Source: Candidatus Dormiibacterota bacterium
Lineage (GTDB): Bacteria > Chloroflexota > Dormibacteria > Aeolococcales > Bog-877
NCBI GenBank assembly: GCA_027339635.1
Contig: DAHWNZ010000002.1
Coordinates: 24,874-88,873, forward strand
Reading direction: 5' to 3'
Length of the DNA stretch: 64,000 nucleotides
Shown: positions 17,741 to 26,923 of the stretch, piece by piece
How the letters are laid out: every line of letters starts with the position of its first letter
Numbering within the stretch: position 1 is the stretch's first letter
Position numbers and translations under genes: made by a program
Notes under the pieces: generated by a model
What the model saw: the letters and a program-made list of their open reading frames with translations, nothing else
Told to the model about the DNA's origin: nothing
Database searches by the model: none

Positions 17741-18411
17741 GGCCGCCTCCCGCTGGCGCGGGCGGGGGACTCGGTCTCCGGCCCCAGCAGGCGCCAGCGA
17801 CGTCTGAACTCTCCCGCTCCCAGGAACACGACCAACAGAACCGCCAAGATCACAAAGGTGGTCGGCTGGTGGAGTGCGCTCAGGACGTAGGCTCCGTCCG
17901 GTACCCGGACCCCCTGGTAGATGCCGACGATCGCGGCGGGCGCCACCAGCCCAGCATCGACCACGTTGTTGGCATCGCCCTTCGTTTGGTACCTCACCCC
18001 ACCCGGCGCGGGACTCGGAATCACCTTGTGAATGCGATGGGTGATGAGGATCGGCGCTCCCGCCTGAGTGAACTCGCTTGATCGAAACGTGATCACCTGA
18101 CCCCGGTGCAGATGCTCAGCGGCCGAAAGAGAGATTGGGTTGTCCAGGATCAGGTCTCCAGCGTCAAAGGTGGGGGTCATCGAACCGCTGGCGACCTCCA
18201 GAAGCGGGTGCCCCAAAACCGACGTCTCCCCATCCGGCCCCTGACGGACAAGCGCGACCAAGAGGATGGAGCCGAGCAGCGCCACGACTGCCAGAAGGGT
18301 CAGGAGGTTGACGACCAAGCGCGCCGTATGGGCCGCCAAGGAGCGCGTCGCGGCGGTCCGAGCAGGAGAGCCGGCAGCTCCGCCATCAGCAGTCCAGAGC
18401 ATCTGGTTCAT
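17737..18411 (-). CDS. sipW: SipW/Sec11-type signal peptidase I (copy 1)
   Basis: SGSMTP...GDLI, ITHRI, TKGDANN..D; ATGA overlaps at both ends. Confidence 0.93.
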   Translation of the reverse strand: MNQMLWTADGGAAGSPARTAATRSLAAHTARLVVNLLTLLAVVALLGSILLVALVRQGPDGETSVLGHPLLEVASGSMTPTFDAGDLILDNPISLSAAEHLHRGQVITFRSSEFTQAGAPILITHRIHKVIPSPAPGGVRYQTKGDANNVVDAGLVAPAAIVGIYQGVRVPDGAYVLSALHQPTTFVILAVLLVVFLGAGEFRRRWRLLGPETESPARASGRRP

Positions 18412-19463
18412 GGCTGGAAGTACCACAGGTGGTCCGCCAGAGGGCCCGACTGGTCGGTGTCCTGGAGCAACAGGTAAGCGACGTAGGTGGTGTCAGGTGA
18501 TAGCAGCCCCGTGGGATTGCTCCCGGAGGCCACGTCCGAGGCCACGCTGAAGGTGATCACCACGCGCTTGCTCTTGGGGCCGTTGGGCGTCGGCTGGGTG
18601 GTCCCAAAGGCGGCGGGGGAGACCTGGTAGTTGGAGTAGACGACGCTGACAGCAACCGGGGCGATCACCGGTTGCCCGGTGAAGCTCAGATGGCCGTCGG
18701 CTCCGGCGCTCACCTGGGAGGCCTGATAGATGGCGACGTACGGGATTCCAGTCCCTGAAGCCGCGTACCCGGCTGCCGAGGGCTCGCTCATGACCCCGGC
18801 CGGGACCGCGACCGTCAGTGCCTTGTCCAGGATGCAGATGTCGTACTGCTCAGCGGACGTCGATGCCCCTGGCGCCAGGCTAGTGGAGGGACAGGTGGGG
18901 GTCGTCGACGGGACGTACTGCGACAGTTCGCTCTCGTCACAGTAGCCTGCCGCGAAGCTGTCGCCGTGGGCGGGAGTGGAGGCGCTGCCGGTCACCCCGT
19001 CGCTTGCATCCCCAACTCCGATCGTCCCCGCTGGGAGCCCCATCGACGCGGGAAGAAGGGACCTTGCCGAGGTGATCAAGGACTCGAAAGGCGGCGGCAT
19101 GGCCCCAATCTGAGAGCCCGGAGCCGGAGGCGTGGTGCTAACTCCGAGGTAGGGGTCGTAGCTCAGGTTGGCAACCTGCTGGCAGGCGGCCGCTGCCGGC
19201 TGCGGAGTGGCCACAGGGGACGGGCTGGGCCCCGGTTTGAACTGGTTGCCGGCGGTGAAGCTGCTACTGCCCGGGGCCGCCTGGGAGGTGAAGAGGGCCC
19301 CAGTCGTGCCGAGCCCCAGCACGGAGCCCGCCAGCAGCACCAGCACCGCGATCGCCGGGATCCTGCTGACAACACCAGCCTTGCCGGGCGGGTCGTAGGG
19401 CAGGGGACGCCACTCATGGTTTTCTAGAGATCCCGATCGCCGCCACGGGAGGTGCTCAGCCAT
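18408..19463 (-). CDS. SipW-dependent secreted protein (TapA-like position)
   Basis: Hydrophobic helix then GTTGALFTSQAAPGSSSFTAG, matching the SipW-cognate GTxAxF...FxAG pattern; GGAGG before ATG 19463. Confidence 0.75.
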   Translation of the reverse strand: MAEHLPWRRSGSLENHEWRPLPYDPPGKAGVVSRIPAIAVLVLLAGSVLGLGTTGALFTSQAAPGSSSFTAGNQFKPGPSPSPVATPQPAAAACQQVANLSYDPYLGVSTTPPAPGSQIGAMPPPFESLITSARSLLPASMGLPAGTIGVGDASDGVTGSASTPAHGDSFAAGYCDESELSQYVPSTTPTCPSTSLAPGASTSAEQYDICILDKALTVAVPAGVMSEPSAAGYAASGTGIPYVAIYQASQVSAGADGHLSFTGQPVIAPVAVSVVYSNYQVSPAAFGTTQPTPNGPKSKRVVITFSVASDVASGSNPTGLLSPDTTYVAYLLLQDTDQSGPLADHLWYFQP

Positions 19464-19669
19464 GAAGCCTCCGAGCGCCCTCAACAGTCGTGCCGGATCC
19501 CACGCGCGCAAACCAGACTCCCTGGGTGTTCGGGCGCGGCCCCCCAGCCTGGCACGGGCCTTCTATAGCACCGACTGATACCAGGTCCACGTCCTCCCAA
19601 CTCCCGCCACGACTGTGCCGCTAAGTGTAACGGGGTGTCAATGGGTTTGAACGCCTTGTTACAGAAGGG

Positions 19670-20401
19670 TCAGTGGCAGTTCGCGGCCGTTGAGGTCAGA
19701 AAGATCAGGATGACGGCGATCAGGTTGAACGACGCGTGAAGAGCCATCCCTGGGTACAGGGATTTGGTCCTCTGGTAGACCAGGGCCAGGGCCACACCGG
19801 CTATGAAGAGCGACGGCCCGAGGAGCAGGATCGACCCCCCGACCGAAAGGGTGTGGGCCAAGGCGAATACGGCGGAACTGGCCACGACAGCCCAGGTCGT
19901 GCCCAGGCGGCCCTGGAGCCCTCCGAAGATGAAGCCCCGGAACGTGATCTCCTCCACGATGGGGGCGATCACCACGATCGCGATGATCCCCAGGTAGGCG
20001 TCCTGGCCGAAGCCCTGGGAGATGTCGCATCCCTGCGGGTTGGTCATGCCCCCCAGCAGGGGCGACAGGGCGACCGAGATGAAGCTGGTTAGGAACTGCA
20101 ACGCCAGGGCCACTACCGGCATCAGGGGCAGGACCCAGAAGGGTGGGCGCCGCAGCCCCAGTTCGGACCAGATGCGCCCTTTGTGGCGGCTGGCGAAGAA
20201 CACCACCACCGCCAGCAGTGCCCCGTAGAAGGCAACGGTGGTGGCCATGTTGTAGTAGGGCAGAATTGCCTGCCCGGAGTGCCCTGTCAGGCTCCCGATC
20301 ACCCTGGCCTGGCTGAGACCGTCCACCACCGCCGCCACCAGATAGACCGCCACCAGCACCGCGGGGATCGCGACCACAATCCCGAACACCACCTCGCGCA
20401 C
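19670..20401 (-). CDS. CPBP/CAAX (Abi) intramembrane glutamic endopeptidase
   Basis: APIVEEITFRG, FALAH, HASFN; true start probably further upstream (see findings). Confidence 0.92.
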   Translation of the reverse strand: MREVVFGIVVAIPAVLVAVYLVAAVVDGLSQARVIGSLTGHSGQAILPYYNMATTVAFYGALLAVVVFFASRHKGRIWSELGLRRPPFWVLPLMPVVALALQFLTSFISVALSPLLGGMTNPQGCDISQGFGQDAYLGIIAIVVIAPIVEEITFRGFIFGGLQGRLGTTWAVVASSAVFALAHTLSVGGSILLLGPSLFIAGVALALVYQRTKSLYPGMALHASFNLIAVILIFLTSTAANCH

Positions 20402-20457
20402 GCCCCAGGAGGTGTGACTGGGTGGGCTCTCAGGCTCGGGGTCGACCAGCTCGACGC

Positions 20458-21150
20458 TCAGGGGCGAGTCCAGGCACTGCCGGTCGGACGCTCTCTCTCG
20501 GTGCTCTCAGACGAAGCCGGCACCGCGGGTGCCGAGGGGGGCAACGGGACGGTTCCCGACCATGGCATCGACCGCGGCGCTCCCTGCACCGTCCAGCGCC
20601 CGGTCGGGGTGATGTTGGTGCGGCGCCGCTGGGTCAATTCTTCGGCAGGGTGCTGGGCCAGAGGTCGCTCCCCCGGGACCGGGCTGAGGCGCACCCAGAG
20701 AACGCCCAGGGTCACGAAGAACACGAGGTAGACGGCCGTGATAATCGAGGACGCCTCCAGCGTCCCGACCGCCACCGCCGCCACCAGCTCGAGGACCAAC
20801 CCGACCACCACCGAGCTGCGGCCGGAGGTCATCCTGGCACCGGGACGGAGCACGCCCGCCGCGCCGCTCAACATCAAAAGATCGCCCAGCAGGCCCACGA
20901 TGGCCCCTGCCAGCACGGGCAGGTAGGAGGCGGGCCCCTGGGGCGGCCCAGCCTGACTCATGGCCGACATGACGGCAACGAGGGAGGCCGCGTTGGCGAC
21001 CGCGGAGATCAAGGCTATGGCCAGAATGGCCCACCCAAGTCGCAGACCCCACTCACCCGCGCGGGCAGCGACCGTGCCGGCACCGGAATCCGTCCGCGGC
21101 CTGTCGCCGGAGCGCCTGGCCCTGGTCGGGCGCTGCTGGATCATCCCCAT
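20458..21150 (-). CDS. Hypothetical membrane protein (about 4 TM, Pro-rich tail)
   Basis: Four hydrophobic stretches; co-directional with the CPBP gene. Confidence 0.6.
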   Translation of the reverse strand: MGMIQQRPTRARRSGDRPRTDSGAGTVAARAGEWGLRLGWAILAIALISAVANAASLVAVMSAMSQAGPPQGPASYLPVLAGAIVGLLGDLLMLSGAAGVLRPGARMTSGRSSVVVGLVLELVAAVAVGTLEASSIITAVYLVFFVTLGVLWVRLSPVPGERPLAQHPAEELTQRRRTNITPTGRWTVQGAPRSMPWSGTVPLPPSAPAVPASSESTERERPTGSAWTRP

Positions 21151-21371
21151 ATGATGCGCCACTTGGCGCTGCCACCTGTGACACTCCACTGGGATTGGCC
21201 CCACCCCTGAGTGGTTGGTCGACCCCCCGGTGAGCGGCTGAGCCCCGACTTACGGCCCCTGAGCCGGGCCCTGGCCGCTGCCTCGCGATGGTGGCGGAAG
21301 CCAGCACTCCATGATCTGGGCGCGACTTGGCCTCCTGTCCGCAATTTGAGTCGAAGGTATAATTCCGAGTC

Positions 21372-23303
21372 ATGCCAGCACCTCGCAAGACCCCTGGCGC
21401 TGCGCCGCCCTCGGTGCTGGATCGGGTGAACTCCCCCGCCGATTGTCGTCGACTCGACCTCGGGGAGTGCCGGCGCCTCTCTCAGGAGATTCGGGAGTTC
21501 CTGGTGGAGAAGGTCTCCAGGACCGGCGGGCACCTGGGGCCGAACCTGGGGGTGGTGGAGATCACCCTGGCCATCCATCGGGTGTTCGACAGCCCCCGCG
21601 ACCGGATCGTCTTTGACACGGGCCATCAGGCCTACGTGCACAAGATCCTGACCGGGCGGAAGGACCAGTTCAACAACCTGCGTCAGGCGGGCGGGATGTC
21701 GGGGTACCCCAACCGTGAGGAGTCTCCCCACGACGTGGTGGAGAACAGCCACGCCTCGACCGGACTCAGCTACGCGTTGGGCCTGGCCCAGGCGAGGCGT
21801 CGCCGCGGGGATCCTGGCAAGGTGGTGGTGGTCGTGGGCGACGGATCGCTCACGGGCGGCATGGCCTATGAGGCGCTCAACAACATAGGTTCCCTGCGTC
21901 CCGATCTGGTGATCATCCTCAACGACAACGGGCGTTCGTACGCCCCCACCGTGGGCGGGCTGGCGAACCATCTGGCCCGGCTCCGCCTCAACCCGCGGTA
22001 CGAGGCGGCCAAGACCGGGATCGGTGACTTCCTGAGTTCTCTGCCGGCGGTCGGCGAGCCGGCCCACGAGATGGCGCGTCGCTTCAAAACCGGCGTGAAG
22101 CAGCTGGTGTCCCCCAACGTCTTCTTTGAGGACCTGGGCATCAAGTACTCGGGCCCGATCGACGGGCATGATCTCGAGGCGGTGGAGGGGGCGCTCAAGC
22201 TGGCGCGCAACCTGAGAGGGCCGGTCGTGGTCCACGTCGTCACCGACAAGGGACACGGGTTCAGCCCTGCCGAAGACGATGAGATCGACAAGTTCCACGG
22301 TGTGGGGGCCTTCGACGTCTCGACAGGGAAGATCCACCCGGCCGGCGTCAGCTACACGGACGTCTTCGAGGAGGTGCTACTGACCCTCGCCGAGGAGGAT
22401 CCGAGCCTGGTGGCGATAACGGCCGCGATGGCCTCCTCGACGGGTTTGCTGAAGTTCTCCACCCGCTTTCCCGATCGCTTCTATGACGTCGGCATCGCGG
22501 AGCAGCACGCGGTCACCTTCGCGGCCGGCCTGGCCATGGGGGGGCTGCACCCGGTCGTGTGCATCTATTCCACCTTCCTGCAGAGGGCCTTTGACCAGGT
22601 CATGTGCGATGTCGCTCTGCACAACCTGCCGGTGACTTTCGTGCTGGATCGCGCCGGCGTCACCGGACCCGACGGCAGCTCCCATCACGGGATGTTCGAT
22701 CTCAGCTACCTGCGCATGGTGCCCAATCTCGTGGTGTCCACTCCGCGAGACGCGGCCGAACTCGGCCGCCTCACGGCCACCGCCGTCCGGCATCCAGGCC
22801 CCTTTGCGATCCGATACCCGCGAGGTGCCGCCGGCGAGCTGGTGGTTGACATCCGGCCACTTCCGAGCCTGTCGTGGGAGGTCGCGAAGGAGGGGGGAAA
22901 GGACGTCCTGATCTGCGCGGCGGGCAAGATGGTGGGGATCGGCCTGAACGCCTGCAGCCTGCTCGAAGCGGCCGGGATCACCGCCACAGTCGTCAATGCA
23001 CGCTTCCTCAAGCCGGTTGACCGCAGGCTCCCGGACTGGGCCCGCGCCCATAGGGCAGTCGTCACCCTGGAGGACAACACGGTGCGCGGTGGGCTCGGGG
23101 CGGCGGTGATGGAGAGCCTCATGGCCGCCGGCGTGGTGTGTCCGGTCCGCCAGGTTGCCCTGCCCGACAGGTTCCTGCCCCACGGATCCCAGGCGGAGCT
23201 GTTGTCGGAGTTCGGGCTCACCCCAGAGGGGGTGGCGGAGGCGGCGATCGCCGCGCTGGAAACCAGTGAAGGAGGGACGGCCGCGGCCCAGGCCGCCGGC
23301 TGA
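21372..23303 (+). CDS. dxs: 1-deoxy-D-xylulose-5-phosphate synthase
   Basis: GGHLGPNLGVVE, DTGHQAYVHKILTGR, GDGSLTGGMAYEALNN, DVGIAEQHAV, IYSTFLQR; TATAAT at 21358-21363. Confidence 0.97.
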   Translation: MPAPRKTPGAAPPSVLDRVNSPADCRRLDLGECRRLSQEIREFLVEKVSRTGGHLGPNLGVVEITLAIHRVFDSPRDRIVFDTGHQAYVHKILTGRKDQFNNLRQAGGMSGYPNREESPHDVVENSHASTGLSYALGLAQARRRRGDPGKVVVVVGDGSLTGGMAYEALNNIGSLRPDLVIILNDNGRSYAPTVGGLANHLARLRLNPRYEAAKTGIGDFLSSLPAVGEPAHEMARRFKTGVKQLVSPNVFFEDLGIKYSGPIDGHDLEAVEGALKLARNLRGPVVVHVVTDKGHGFSPAEDDEIDKFHGVGAFDVSTGKIHPAGVSYTDVFEEVLLTLAEEDPSLVAITAAMASSTGLLKFSTRFPDRFYDVGIAEQHAVTFAAGLAMGGLHPVVCIYSTFLQRAFDQVMCDVALHNLPVTFVLDRAGVTGPDGSSHHGMFDLSYLRMVPNLVVSTPRDAAELGRLTATAVRHPGPFAIRYPRGAAGELVVDIRPLPSLSWEVAKEGGKDVLICAAGKMVGIGLNACSLLEAAGITATVVNARFLKPVDRRLPDWARAHRAVVTLEDNTVRGGLGAAVMESLMAAGVVCPVRQVALPDRFLPHGSQAELLSEFGLTPEGVAEAAIAALETSEGGTAAAQAAG

Positions 23304-23353
23304 CGCGACTTCCTTCGTGAGCCGCTGGGGCCTTCCGACCCTGCCCCGCAAAA

Positions 23354-24325
23354 GTGCACCGCTCCCGCCCTCCACCGGGACGGTTCGGCCGTGACGGCTT
23401 GAGCCCGCAGCGGCGGGCCCTCCTGATCCTGGCCGGGGCGAACTGCCTGTTCGCGGGGTCGTATGTCACCGCCAAGCTCGCGCTGACGACCTGGCCCTTC
23501 GCCAGCCTGAACATGGTTCGCTTCACGGTGGCGGCTTTGGTGCTGGCCCCATATCTGTGGCGCAACCGCGGGCTTCTCCCCCACGGCCGCTCGGATCAGC
23601 TGCGGCTCGCCGCCATGTGCGCCCTGGGATTCATCGGCAACAAGGCCTTCGAGTACTGGGGGCTCAGCATCACGACCGCCACCGACATGGCCCTGCTCAT
23701 AGGCGCCGAGGCGCTGGTGACGGTACTGCTCTCGGTTCTGCTCCTGGGTGAACGGGTGAGGCGCTGGGAGACTATGGGCCTGGTGGCCGGAGGGTTTGGC
23801 ATCTACCTCGTCATCGTGGGCGGGCTTCGCCTCCCCAGCGGCTTTGGGGGCGGCCAGGCGCTGGGCAACCTGCTGATCCTGGTGTCCCTGGTGCTGGAGG
23901 CCTTCTTCACCATCGTCGGCAAGACCGTGGTGTCCCGCTATCCTCCGTTCCTGGTGACGGCCGCCATAGTCACGGGCAGCCTGGTCGCCTGGTGGCCAGC
24001 GGGGCTCTCCGCGCTCGCAGTGCGGGGATGGCCAGGCCTGACCTGGGGCGTGGTGGTAGCAGGGCTGTACCTGGGAGTCGTCACCACGGTCATGGGTTAC
24101 TGGGCGTGGTTCTACGGCCTGCAGCGTGTCATGCCGGGGGCCATGGCCCCTCTCCTGTTCATCCAACCCCTGGTGGGCACAGCCCTTGCCGTCCTGATCC
24201 GCGGGGAGCGCCCGGGATTGGCCACCCTCATCGGCGGGGCGCTGGTGTTGGCGGGCGTGGGGCTTGTGGTGGCGACCCGGCAGCCACTTCCGGCCGCGCC
24301 AGCGGCGGGAGCCGGGAGCGGCTGA
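23354..24325 (+). CDS. DMT/EamA-family transporter
   Basis: About 10 TM, two EamA repeats each ending in GER. Confidence 0.9.
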   Translation: MHRSRPPPGRFGRDGLSPQRRALLILAGANCLFAGSYVTAKLALTTWPFASLNMVRFTVAALVLAPYLWRNRGLLPHGRSDQLRLAAMCALGFIGNKAFEYWGLSITTATDMALLIGAEALVTVLLSVLLLGERVRRWETMGLVAGGFGIYLVIVGGLRLPSGFGGGQALGNLLILVSLVLEAFFTIVGKTVVSRYPPFLVTAAIVTGSLVAWWPAGLSALAVRGWPGLTWGVVVAGLYLGVVTTVMGYWAWFYGLQRVMPGAMAPLLFIQPLVGTALAVLIRGERPGLATLIGGALVLAGVGLVVATRQPLPAAPAAGAGSG

Positions 24326-24465
24326 CAGGCTGGATCACCGCCTCGCGACGTCCGTGACAAGCTGGCAACAACAGCCCTGAGCAGCCCCGGCCGGGTTAGC
24401 CTGGTTTCAGGACATCCGCCGCCGCACCCCTTCACGGCGACGGGCGCCGCGTCCTACTCCCTCCT

Positions 24466-24521
24466 TCCGTCGGCCCTTCCTCCGACGGACTCCGCCGCCC
24501 CGGCCCGCGCCGGGGCGGCGG
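24466..24521 (-). terminator. Tandem stem-loops downstream of glnA
   Basis: CCGCCGCCCCGG (24492-24503) / CCGGGGCGGCGG (24510-24521) and TCCGTCGG (24466-24473) / CCGACGGA (24482-24489). Confidence 0.65.
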
Positions 24522-24529
24522 CTCCCAAA

Positions 24530-25987
24530 TCAGCTGTCCGCGTACAGCAGAAACTCGTAGGGATGTGGCCGCAGCCTCACCGGATCGACCTCGCGCTCGC
24601 GCTTCATCGTGATCCAGTGTTCCACCAGGTCGTCGGTGAAGACGCCTCCCTGATACAGGAAATCCTGGTCCTGTTCCAGGGCGGTGAGCACCTCAGCCAA
24701 GCTTCCTGGCAGGTCGCGAACCTCGGCGGCTGCCTCGCCGGTCATCTCATAGAGGTCGCCCTCAACCGGTGCTGGCGGCTCGATCTTATTGCGGATGCCA
24801 TCCAGGCCGGCCATCAGCATGGCGGAGAATGCCAGGTAAGGATTGGCCATCGCATCGGGGGAGCGGAACTCCAGGCGCCGCAGCTGGGGGCGCTCGCTGT
24901 AGGTTGGGATCCTGATGCAGGCGCTGCGGTTCCTGGCGCTGTACGCCAACTTTATGGGAGCCTCATAACCGGGCACCAGGCGTCGATAGCTGTTCGTGGT
25001 GGGCGCTGAGAACGCCAGCAGAGCGGGGGCGTGGGCGAGGAGGCCGCCAATGTACCAGCGGGCCAGATCTGACAGCAGGGCGTAGCCATCCTGGTCGAAG
25101 AAGAGGGGTATGTCCTCCTTCCAGAGGGACTGGTGGGTGTGCATCCCGCTGCCGTTGTCACCGAACAGCGGCTTGGGCATGAAGGTGGCGCTGAACCCTT
25201 CCCGGTAGCAGACGTTCTTCACGATGTATTTGAAGGTCATCACCTTGTCCGCCATGGCGACCATGGTGTCGTAGCGCATGTCGATCTCGGTCTGACCGGC
25301 GGTGCCCACCTCATGGTGGTGCACCTCGACGTCGATGCCCGCGTCAGCCAGGGCCAGTGAGATCCGGCTCCGCAGGTCCTGGAGCTTGTCGACCGGCGGC
25401 ACCGGAAAGTACCCCTCCTTCATCCGAGGGCGGAAGCCCAGGTTCGGCACCCCGTTCTTGCCGCTGTTCCAGATCCCCTCCACAGAGTCGATGTGGTAGT
25501 ACGCCTCGTTCACGGTCTGATCGAAGCGGATGGAGTTGAAGATGTAGAACTCCATCTCCGGCCCCCAAAAGCTGGTGTCCGCGATTCCCGACGCTCGCAG
25601 ATACGCTTCCGCCTTCTGGGCGATGAACCTCGGATCCCGGCTGTAGCGGCTCTTGGTGACGGGATCCACGATGTCGCAGATCAGCCAGAGAGTCGGCACC
25701 TCCAGCACTGGGTCGGCGCAGGCGGTCCTGGGGTCGGGGAACAGCAGCATGTCACTCTCATGGATCTGCTGGAAGCCCTTGATGCTGCTGCCATCGAACC
25801 CGATGCCCTCGGCGAACAACCTCTCGGTCAGCTCCGAGGTCGGGATGCTGAAGTGCTGCCACTGTCCCAGGAGGTCACTGAAGCGGAAGTCGACGAACTT
25901 GATCCCCTGGTCCCTGGCGTACGCGATCACCGCCTGGGGATCGGTTCCAGGGGTGGTGCCCAACCTGCCTTCCAGCGCCATGGCCAT
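24530..25987 (-). CDS. glnA: Glutamine synthetase type I (GSI-beta)
   Basis: FDGSSI, HHEV..AGQ.EI, FMPKP.FGDNGSGMH, NRSA.IRIP; adenylylation-type DLY motif. Confidence 0.98.
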   Translation of the reverse strand: MAMALEGRLGTTPGTDPQAVIAYARDQGIKFVDFRFSDLLGQWQHFSIPTSELTERLFAEGIGFDGSSIKGFQQIHESDMLLFPDPRTACADPVLEVPTLWLICDIVDPVTKSRYSRDPRFIAQKAEAYLRASGIADTSFWGPEMEFYIFNSIRFDQTVNEAYYHIDSVEGIWNSGKNGVPNLGFRPRMKEGYFPVPPVDKLQDLRSRISLALADAGIDVEVHHHEVGTAGQTEIDMRYDTMVAMADKVMTFKYIVKNVCYREGFSATFMPKPLFGDNGSGMHTHQSLWKEDIPLFFDQDGYALLSDLARWYIGGLLAHAPALLAFSAPTTNSYRRLVPGYEAPIKLAYSARNRSACIRIPTYSERPQLRRLEFRSPDAMANPYLAFSAMLMAGLDGIRNKIEPPAPVEGDLYEMTGEAAAEVRDLPGSLAEVLTALEQDQDFLYQGGVFTDDLVEHWITMKREREVDPVRLRPHPYEFLLYADS

Positions 25988-26113
25988 GCAGTTCCTCCTC
26001 GAAGACGGTTGCCGACTGGGAAGAGGCTAACACCGCTTTGGCCACCAGGAATCAGGTGGATTACACGATGAAGGCGGCTATGGCTATGGGTACTATCTCC
26101 GAAGTGACGCCGA

Positions 26114-26413
26114 TCAGCCCGGCTCGACGGGGATCGCGACCTTCACCGCGACCTTGGCTCTGGCCGAGTCTCGGTCGGTGAAGTACTCCTTATTGATCCC
26201 GGTGTACTCCTGCCACTCCTGGGGCAGGTCCTCCTCGGCGTAGATGGCGTCGACCGGACAGGGATCAACGCAGGCGCCGCAGTCGATGCACTCCTCGGGG
26301 TCTATGAAGAGCATCCGGTCCTCATCATCGCCGATGATGCAGTCCACCGGGCACACTTCCACACACGACTTGTCCTTGACGTCGATGCAGGTCTCACCAA
26401 TGACGTAGGTCAT
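26114..26413 (-). CDS. fdxA: FdxA-type 7Fe/8Fe ferredoxin
   Basis: MTYVI...CIDVKDKSCVEVCPVDCI...CIDCGACVDPCPVDAIY. Confidence 0.95.
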   Translation of the reverse strand: MTYVIGETCIDVKDKSCVEVCPVDCIIGDDEDRMLFIDPEECIDCGACVDPCPVDAIYAEEDLPQEWQEYTGINKEYFTDRDSARAKVAVKVAIPVEPG

Positions 26414-26513
26414 CCGGGTTGGAACTCCTCAAACCAGCGCTGGGCCGCTATGCCTGGCAGCCCTACTTCTGCTCCGAGAATAGCAGAGGGCCCGGAGGGG
26501 CCCGGGGACAGGG

Positions 26514-26750
26514 TCAGGAGGTTGCCTGTTGGATGCCGTTGGAGATGTTGGAATACATCCCCCCGACGTGGTGCCCCAGCACCACCATGATGACGATGAC
26601 GACCATGGCAACCAGCATCAGGATCAGCGCGTACTCAACCATTCCCTGCCCTCGAGAACCCCTCCGGAGACGCCCTGGGTCCAGCGTCCCCACCGGGGAC
26701 ATCGCTGCAGGCCAAAGCGCCTTTGAAGAGCCCCTTCTGGGCTTCTGCAT
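26514..26750 (-). CDS. flp: Flp/Fap type IVb pilin
   Basis: RGQG|MVEYALIL prepilin cleavage and Flp motif, then a hydrophobic helix; start uncertain (26750 or 26702). Confidence 0.88.
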   Translation of the reverse strand: MQKPRRGSSKALWPAAMSPVGTLDPGRLRRGSRGQGMVEYALILMLVAMVVIVIMVVLGHHVGGMYSNISNGIQQATS

Positions 26751-26923
26751 GCCGCCAAGGGTATTAGACCGGCACCGCGCGGCGACCTCCCGGCGCACGA
26801 TCGTTACAACTTCGTCTTTCCGGGCCGCCCCTGCCCTTGGGCCGCGCGGCCATAGAATCCCAGGTTACAGGCGTTTTCAGCCGATGCGGCAGGCGCGGAC
26901 CCTGGAAGCAGAGAGGATCACAG

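Noticed and set aside
25988-26113. Glutamine riboswitch or GlnR/TnrA box upstream of glnA
   Set aside because: No convincing match to either consensus by eye.
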